A stretch of 64,000 bases of DNA from an uncultured delta proteobacterium (GTDB lineage: Bacteria > Myxococcota > Myxococcia > SLRQ01): NCBI GenBank assembly GCA_963727485.1, contig CAVSGM010000001.1:928001-992000 (forward strand). The letters are read 5' to 3'. Below the pieces are notes generated by a model. It did no database searches. It was not told the origin of the DNA and saw only the letters and a list, made by a program, of their open reading frames with translations. Both the position numbers and the translations under genes were made by a program. Positions 58,091-64,000 of this stretch are shown here, in pieces. Each line of letters begins with the position of its first letter. The first letter of the stretch is position 1.

Positions 58091-59731
58091 GCGGCCACCC
58101 CCAGGGCCCGGTGGTCGGCGGTGAGCACCGGGGCGATGCCCAGCGCCCGGTCCAGGCGATACCCCTCCAGGCGGTTCTGGTAGTAGAAGAGCAGGGTCCG
58201 GTCCTGGGCGAAGAGGCGGTCGCCCCGGCGCACGGCGGCCGGCGTCTGGTGGTAGATGGCGAAGTGCTTGAGGCCGTCGGTGACCACGTCCTCGGCCTCG
58301 GCGCCGGCGAGCCCCGGCCCCAGGCGGATGCCGCCCCGGTCGGCGAGGCCCTTGAGCTCGGTGAGGAGGCGCGCGGTCTCCTGGTAGACCTCCCGGAGCT
58401 CGAGGGCGTCATGGCGCGCCCCGACCCGGATGAGCCGCACCAGGCCCACGTCGGGGTTGTGCTGGCGCAACAGCGAGAACACCACCCGGGCGACGACGTG
58501 GGTGGACTGCACCACGTTGTCGCGCATGTAGGCCTCGCCGATGCGCTCGCCGAGCTCCCGGGTGAACTCGGCGTCGCGCTGGGCGAGGTGCTCGGGGGCG
58601 CCTTTCACGTGGACGTAGCGGGCGATGTCCACGTGGCGGCCCCGGGGGTCGAGGCTCTGGCCCTCGTCGTCGACCTCGTTGCCGAAGGGATCCAGGCCCC
58701 GGCTCACGGTGAGGAAGATCTTGGAGTCGAGGCTGAACAGCTTGCTCACGAAGTCGAGGATCCTCCGGGGCTGGCTGAACTCGTCGTCGGTGATGACGTA
58801 GCGGCTGCGCCCGACCTCCCGGAGGAAGTCGTCGATGAGGGTCTCGGCCTCGAGGACCAGCTGGTAGGACAGCGTCGCGGGGACGATGAACACCTTGGGG
58901 CTCGGGACCCCGCGCTTGAGGTTCTCCACGTAGGCGTTGAGCCCGCAGCCGAGGAGCCCGAGCTTGAGGTGCTGCTCCACGGCGCCGGAGCGGGCGCGGG
59001 TGCCGCCGGGGAAGAAGAGGTTGTCGTAGCCGAGCTCCAGGGTGAGCGTGGCGTAGTGCTTGAGGACCTCCTTGTAGAGGGGGTCCTTCTTCTTCCGGTC
59101 GACGGTGTAGGCGCCCAGGTTGTGCATGAAGAACCCCATCAGGGGGTTCGAGAAGAGGTTGAGGCCGGCGCCGTAGACGAAGGGCGGCAGGCCCATCTTG
59201 TAGATGGCCAGGCCCAGGAGGATGGAGTCGAGGTTGCTCACGTGGGTGGGTGTGAGGATCACCGTGCCCAGCTCGTGGAGGCGGCGCAGGTGGGCCACCT
59301 CGCCCTGGATCACCAGGTTCTCGTCGGCGCGCAGGGTCGAGGAGAAGCTCTGCACCAGCCGCTTCGGCGACACGGCGCCGAGGAGCAGGCCCACCGCCGT
59401 CGGCAGCATCTTGGTGGTCACCTGGTAGACCCGGTCGTCGAAGTTCCCGCAGAATCTCCTCGGCGTAGTGGGAGACCACGGAGCGCAGCAGCCCCTGGAG
59501 CTCGCGCTCGCCGGCCCGGCCGAGCTTGCGCTCGATGCCCTTGATGAAGGGCGCGTCGGCCTTCTTGATCCGGGCGTCGGTCTCGTCCTTGAGGCGGCGC
59601 TTCTCGTGGTAGACGGTATCCGCGAGGACCTCGACCAGCGGGGTGCCGCCCTCGGCGGCAGCCTCGGTCTTCTCGGCGAGGATGCGGCTCTCGACCTCGG
59701 TGAGGATTCGTTCCTGATCTTCCCGGCGCAT
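58087..59731 (-). CDS. Glycerol-3-phosphate/1-acyl-G3P acyltransferase, PlsB-like (frameshift ~59453)
   Basis: PTHVSNLD (HxxxxD), GAGLNL, GAY.VDR, FFPGGTRARSG. Confidence 0.85.
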
Positions 59732-59838
59732 GTGAGGGCATCCTAGCGGATTGGGGCCAGGGCGCCAGCGCGCGGGCAGGCGCCGGTCGTGGCGCGGGAC
59801 GGTTGCCCGGCGGCCCCCCGGGTTGCATGCTTCCCCCC

Positions 59839-60366
59839 ATGGCGCTCTACGAGTTCGAAGGGAAGCGGCCGGTGGTGGGCGAGGGGAGCTTCGTGTTCCC
59901 CAGCGCCGACGTCATCGGCGACGTGGTCATCGGCGAGGGATGCTTCATCGGCGCCGGGGCGGTGCTCCGGGGCGACTACGGGCGCATCCGCATCGGCGAC
60001 GAGTCCAGCATCCAGGAGAACGTGGTGATGCACGCCCGCGAGGGCGAGGAGACCCGCATCGGCAAGCGGGTCCAGTGCGGCCACGGGAGCCTCTACCACA
60101 CCTGCACCGTGGAGAACGCGGCGGTCATCGGCGTGGGCGCGGTGGTCAGCGACTACGCGGTGGTCGGCGAGTGGGCCATCGTCGCCGAGGGCGCGGTGGT
60201 GCGCACCAGGATGCAGGTGCCCCCCGGGCGCATCGTCGCCGGCGTCCCGGCGAAGCTCCTCGGCGAGGTGACCGAGGAGATGAAGGTCCTGTGGGAGAAG
60301 TACAAGGACCTGTACGCGCATCTCGCGCGCGACCGGTACCCCAAGGGGCTCAAGCGGATCGACTAG
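59839..60366 (+). CDS. Gamma carbonic anhydrase family hexapeptide-repeat protein (PaaY/CaiE/YrdA-like)
   Basis: IGDV.IG, VLRGD, IQENVVMH, GH...H, AGVPAK. Confidence 0.9.
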   Translation: MALYEFEGKRPVVGEGSFVFPSADVIGDVVIGEGCFIGAGAVLRGDYGRIRIGDESSIQENVVMHAREGEETRIGKRVQCGHGSLYHTCTVENAAVIGVGAVVSDYAVVGEWAIVAEGAVVRTRMQVPPGRIVAGVPAKLLGEVTEEMKVLWEKYKDLYAHLARDRYPKGLKRID

Positions 60367-60827
60367 CGCGGTGCTGGAGGCACGAGCCGGAGCGGGACGG
60401 TGATCTTCTGCCCCTCGGGCACCGGCACGCAGGGCACGTAGCGCCGGAAGGCGCTGCGGAGGCAGGCCGCGGCGGGCTCGAGGCCGGCCTTGGCCCCCGA
60501 GGGCAGCCTCGTACGGACGTCTCGTACGGGACCTGCTCCCGTGCTGGTCGCCTCGACCACGACCCGGTAGCCCACGGGCGCCTCGGGGTCGGGGGCCAGC
60601 GCCCGGGCACACCTCGCGATGACCGGCTGCAGAGGGGCACAGGGCCGGGCACAGGCGAGCTCGCCGTCGGCCACGGTGAGGCAACGGGGCGCGGCTGCGG
60701 CGCGGGCGGGCGGCTGGGGCGGCGGCTCAGGGGCCCGGGCGGTGGCCGCGGTGGCGGCGCAGCCGGCGGCCCCCACCAGGAGCGCCGCGAGGCAGAGCCC
60801 GGCCAGCGGGTCGGGCCACCGGCTCAC
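60363..60827 (-). CDS. Hypothetical lipoprotein
   Basis: GTGA overlap with the creatininase stop; lipobox AAGC; Pro linker and a Cys-containing domain. Confidence 0.55.
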   Translation of the reverse strand: MSRWPDPLAGLCLAALLVGAAGCAATAATARAPEPPPQPPARAAAAPRCLTVADGELACARPCAPLQPVIARCARALAPDPEAPVGYRVVVEATSTGAGPVRDVRTRLPSGAKAGLEPAAACLRSAFRRYVPCVPVPEGQKITVPLRLVPPAPR

Positions 60828-61621
60828 GGCTGCCCCAGCGCCTCGAGGACCTCGGTGACCACCATGGTCACCAGCTTCCCGTAGCTCTCCTCGCCCTCGG
60901 CGGCGGTCGCCGATGCCGGCGCCCCGAAGTAGGCCCGGTCGCCGCCCATCTCGCGGAAGGTCTTCTTGCCGTCCTTCATGGCCTCGGAGATCGACGTGGG
61001 GTTGTCCGGGAGCGTCGCCATGGTGTCGGTGTCCACCAGCTGTGGCGTCGCCGCCAGCACCAACGATCCCTCGTAGCGCCCGGCGTGGCAGGCGCCGCGC
61101 TTGAACTCCTCGGTGAGGGTGGCGCCCCAGCGGCGCGAGAGCACGTTGGGCAGGCTCACCGGCACCACGCCCTCGTCGGCGCCGCCGCCGGCCTCGTTGA
61201 CCTCCAGCACCGCGGCGTGGAGGGCGGCGACGTGCTCGGGCTCGAGGTGGTTGTTCACCAGCGACACGTGCCGCCACCCGTCGCGCAGGTACGCCCGGCA
61301 CAGGGCGGCGACCAGCTCGGTGACCATGGGCGCCGCAAGCGAGATGGCCCCGGCGAAGCCCTCGGCGTAGTCGGTGACCCCGTAGGGGAGCGCCGGGGCC
61401 ACGAAGGCGGCGAGCCCGCGCTCGCGCAGGGCCAGCGCCGCACGCCGCGCGGTCTCGGCGGAGAGGATCATGTCCGTCGCCAGGGGCAGGTGGGGCCCGT
61501 GGGGCTCGGTGCTCCCGACCGGGAGCAGGGCCACGGAGGTGAGGTCGGACTCGAGGACGCTCGCCACCTGCTCGGTGGTGAGCTCGGCGAGCATCAGGGG
61601 CCAATCGCGGGTGTACGGCAT
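60824..61621 (-). CDS. Creatininase/amidohydrolase family protein
   Basis: LPVGSTEPHGPHLPLATD, YGVT, NNH, HAG.YE.S. Confidence 0.9.
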   Translation of the reverse strand: MPYTRDWPLMLAELTTEQVASVLESDLTSVALLPVGSTEPHGPHLPLATDMILSAETARRAALALRERGLAAFVAPALPYGVTDYAEGFAGAISLAAPMVTELVAALCRAYLRDGWRHVSLVNNHLEPEHVAALHAAVLEVNEAGGGADEGVVPVSLPNVLSRRWGATLTEEFKRGACHAGRYEGSLVLAATPQLVDTDTMATLPDNPTSISEAMKDGKKTFREMGGDRAYFGAPASATAAEGEESYGKLVTMVVTEVLEALGQP

Positions 61622-61622
61622 G

Positions 61623-63272
61623 TTACGACTCCCGGCCGCCGGCCTCTCGGGCCTTCAGGGCCTTGCGGTCAATCTTCCCGCGATCGTTCTTGGGGAGCCG
61701 GTCGACCACCTCGATCTCCCGCGGGTACTTGTGCTTCGCCAGGTGGCGCTTCACCCAGGCCTTGATGTCGTCCCGGTCGATCTTCGCCCCGGTCCGGGGC
61801 ACCAGGAACGCCTTGGACAGCATGAGCCCGTCGCGGGCCACGGCAATCACCGCCGCCTCGGCGACCGTGGGGTGGCGCAGCAGGCAGTCCTCGACCTCCA
61901 GGGGGCTCACCCACAGGCCGCTGACCTTCATCAGGTCGTCGGCGCGGCCGGCGAAGTAGAAGTAGCCCTCCTCGTCCTGGCGGAAGAGGTCCGAGCTCAT
62001 GCACCAGTGGCCGTGGAAGGTCTCCCAGCTCTTGTCCCGGTCCTGCCAGTAGCCCAGCGCCACCGAGTCGCCCCTCACCCACAGGGTGCCGATCTCGCCC
62101 GGGGCCACCGGCGCGGCGCCGGGGCCCGCGGCACCCCGCGGCAGCACCCGCGCCTCGTAGCCCTCGACCACGCGCCCCAGCGACCCGGGCCGAACCTCGC
62201 CCGGGCGGTTCGACACGTAGATGTGGAACATCTCGGCTGAGCCGATGCCGTCCCAGACCTCGACGCCAAAGCGCTCGGTCCACCGGTCGAGGAGCGCCGG
62301 GGGCAGGGCCTCGCCGGCCGAGAGGCACCCGCGCAGGGACGAGAGGTCGAGGCCCGGCTCGCCGCGCGCGCGCAGGTCGGCGTCGTGATCGAGGAGCTTG
62401 CCGATCATGGTGGGCACGTTGGTCAGGAGCGTCGCCTGGTACCGGTGCACCGCGAGCGCCACCGACTCGGGGGTGGGCCGCTCGCAGAAGAGCCCCGTGG
62501 TCCCGCCCACCGCGAACGGGAACATCAGGTTGGTCCCCGTCGCGTAGCCGAAGAAGAGGCGCGGCACGCTCACGCATACGTCGCCCCGGCGCCAGCCGAT
62601 GGTCTCCTTGGCGTAGACCTCGGTGTTGAAGGCGAAGTCCCGGTGGGTGTGCATCGCCGCCTTGGAGCGCCCGGTGCTCCCGGAGGTGAACAGCCAGATG
62701 GCGATGTCGTCGCGCCGGGTGACCGGCGGGCTCCACTCGCCCGAGGCGCCGCCGAGGGCCTCGGTGAGCCAGAGCCGCGCCGGGCCGCCGTCGCCGCGGG
62801 CGAGCATCGAGGCGGGCACCGGGGCGTCGGGGTCGTCGCCGGTGGCGAGCTCGGCGGTGAGCAGGACCGTCTGGAGCCAGGGGCTCTGGTCGAGGGCCTC
62901 GGCCAGCGCCTCGGCGACCCGGGGCAGGGTGACCATCACCGTGGCCCGGGTGTACTCGAGGAGGTAGGCGAGGTCCTTCGCGGGCGCGTCGGGGTTCGAC
63001 ATCGCCACCACGCCCCCGGCCTTCAGGGTGCCGAAGAAGGTCCAGACGAACGGCGGGATGTCCGGGAGGCAGATGAGCACCCGCTGCTCCGGGAGGAGCC
63101 CGGCGTCGGCGAGGACCTCGGACATGCGCAGCGAGAGGTCGGCGACCTCTTCATAGGTCCAGGTGCGCTCGCCGAAGAGCACCGCCGGGGCGTGGCCGTG
63201 ACCCTCCTCGAGGCGGTCGAAGAGGAAGTAGTCGGCGAGGTTGAAGACCTCGGGGAAGGTGGGACCGGCCAT
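61623..63272 (-). CDS. Benzoate-CoA ligase family protein
   Basis: WLFTSGSTG..K, LFFGYATG, SAGEALP, DGIGSAEMFHIY, GRADDLMKV.G.WVSP. Confidence 0.9.
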   Translation of the reverse strand: MAGPTFPEVFNLADYFLFDRLEEGHGHAPAVLFGERTWTYEEVADLSLRMSEVLADAGLLPEQRVLICLPDIPPFVWTFFGTLKAGGVVAMSNPDAPAKDLAYLLEYTRATVMVTLPRVAEALAEALDQSPWLQTVLLTAELATGDDPDAPVPASMLARGDGGPARLWLTEALGGASGEWSPPVTRRDDIAIWLFTSGSTGRSKAAMHTHRDFAFNTEVYAKETIGWRRGDVCVSVPRLFFGYATGTNLMFPFAVGGTTGLFCERPTPESVALAVHRYQATLLTNVPTMIGKLLDHDADLRARGEPGLDLSSLRGCLSAGEALPPALLDRWTERFGVEVWDGIGSAEMFHIYVSNRPGEVRPGSLGRVVEGYEARVLPRGAAGPGAAPVAPGEIGTLWVRGDSVALGYWQDRDKSWETFHGHWCMSSDLFRQDEEGYFYFAGRADDLMKVSGLWVSPLEVEDCLLRHPTVAEAAVIAVARDGLMLSKAFLVPRTGAKIDRDDIKAWVKRHLAKHKYPREIEVVDRLPKNDRGKIDRKALKAREAGGRES

Positions 63273-63276
63273 GGGA

Positions 63277-63999
63277 TCACCTGGGCTCTGGCTCGCCCGC
63301 CTCGCCGGCCTCCCGGAGGAGGTCGCCGGCGATGACCAGGCGCTGGATCTCGCTGGTACCTTCGTAGATACGCAGCGCGCGGACCTCGCGGTAGAGGCGC
63401 TCGACCGTGACGCCCCGGAGGACCCCGGTGCCGCCGTGGAGCTGCACCGCCCGGTCGACGATGCGCTGCGCCGCCTCGGTGGCGAAGAGCTTGGCCATGG
63501 CCGAGGGACGGGTGACGCGGCCGCCGACCGTGTCCTTGTGCCAGGCGGCGCGGTAGGTGAGCAGGCGCGCGGCCTCGAGCTCCACCGCGCTCTCGGCGAG
63601 GTAGGCCTGGACCTGCTGGTGGTCGGCGATGGGGCGGCCGAACTGCCGGCGGGCGAGCGCCCGGTGCGTCGCCTCGTCGAGGGCCCGGCGGGCGAGGCCC
63701 AGGGCGGCGGCGGCGACGGTGGTACGGAAGACGTCGAGGGTGGACAGGGCGATCTTGAGGCCCTGGCCCGGCTCCCCGAGGAGGCGGTCGGCGGGGAGCC
63801 GGCAGCCGTCGAAGCGCAGCGTGCCCAGGGGGTGGTCGGCGGCGGCGAGGAGGGGCTCGGCCACGGTGAACCCCGGGTCGCCGGCGTGGACCAGAAAGGC
63901 GCAGGCGGCCTTCTTGTTCCCCGGCTCGGTGGTGGCGAAGACCACGTGGGGCCCGGCGATCCCGGCGTTGGAGATGAAGGTCTTCTCCCCGTCGAGGCG
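63277..63999 (-). CDS. Acyl-CoA dehydrogenase (5' part outside the window)
   Basis: [38 protein letters not shown]. Confidence 0.92.
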   Translation of the reverse strand, partial: RLDGEKTFISNAGIAGPHVVFATTEPGNKKAACAFLVHAGDPGFTVAEPLLAAADHPLGTLRFDGCRLPADRLLGEPGQGLKIALSTLDVFRTTVAAAALGLARRALDEATHRALARRQFGRPIADHQQVQAYLAESAVELEAARLLTYRAAWHKDTVGGRVTRPSAMAKLFATEAAQRIVDRAVQLHGGTGVLRGVTVERLYREVRALRIYEGTSEIQRLVIAGDLLREAGEAGEPEPR

Positions 64000-64000
64000 C

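Overview
Very GC-rich bacterial chromosome segment, most likely Myxococcota or a related deltaproteobacterium (MYXO-CTERM tails, DGG/DAG-linker lipoproteins, Box pathway). About 20 single-base indels break otherwise intact genes, including acs; many sit at AGATC motifs, so they look like long-read basecalling errors rather than pseudogenes. Left to right: (1) a PrdB/GrdB-family selenoprotein that the ORF track splits at an in-frame UGA (UxxC motif plus SECIS-like hairpin); (2) a divergent, translationally coupled five-gene operon: Zn-ribbon membrane protein, RRE-radical SAM/SPASM enzyme, a paralog lacking CxxxCxxC, a DUF2207-like membrane protein ending in GGG-CACACAGCACACACA-GGG, and a methyltransferase. 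This is the best candidate for an undescribed protein-tail modification system; (3) a DprE1/DprE2-like pair, two Zn-ribbon membrane proteins and a YbhB/YbcL gene; (4) an orphan Rhs toxin tip with a coupled immunity gene; (5) three tandem S8 proteases carrying both a lipobox and MYXO-CTERM; (6) hrpB, acs, rsmE, GH114, a beta-helix/diheme cytochrome pair, a metallophosphoesterase, a rhomboid, two M1 aminopeptidases and a hybrid kinase; (7) boxR-boxC-boxB between two paralogous 'CsgG-like protein + Cys-rich lipoprotein' cassettes; (8) bolA-grxD, a glycerolipid operon with a degenerate GpsA, and a benzoate-CoA ligase operon. No rRNA, tRNA, CRISPR array or intact mobile element was recognised. All family calls come from motif recognition by eye, not database searches.
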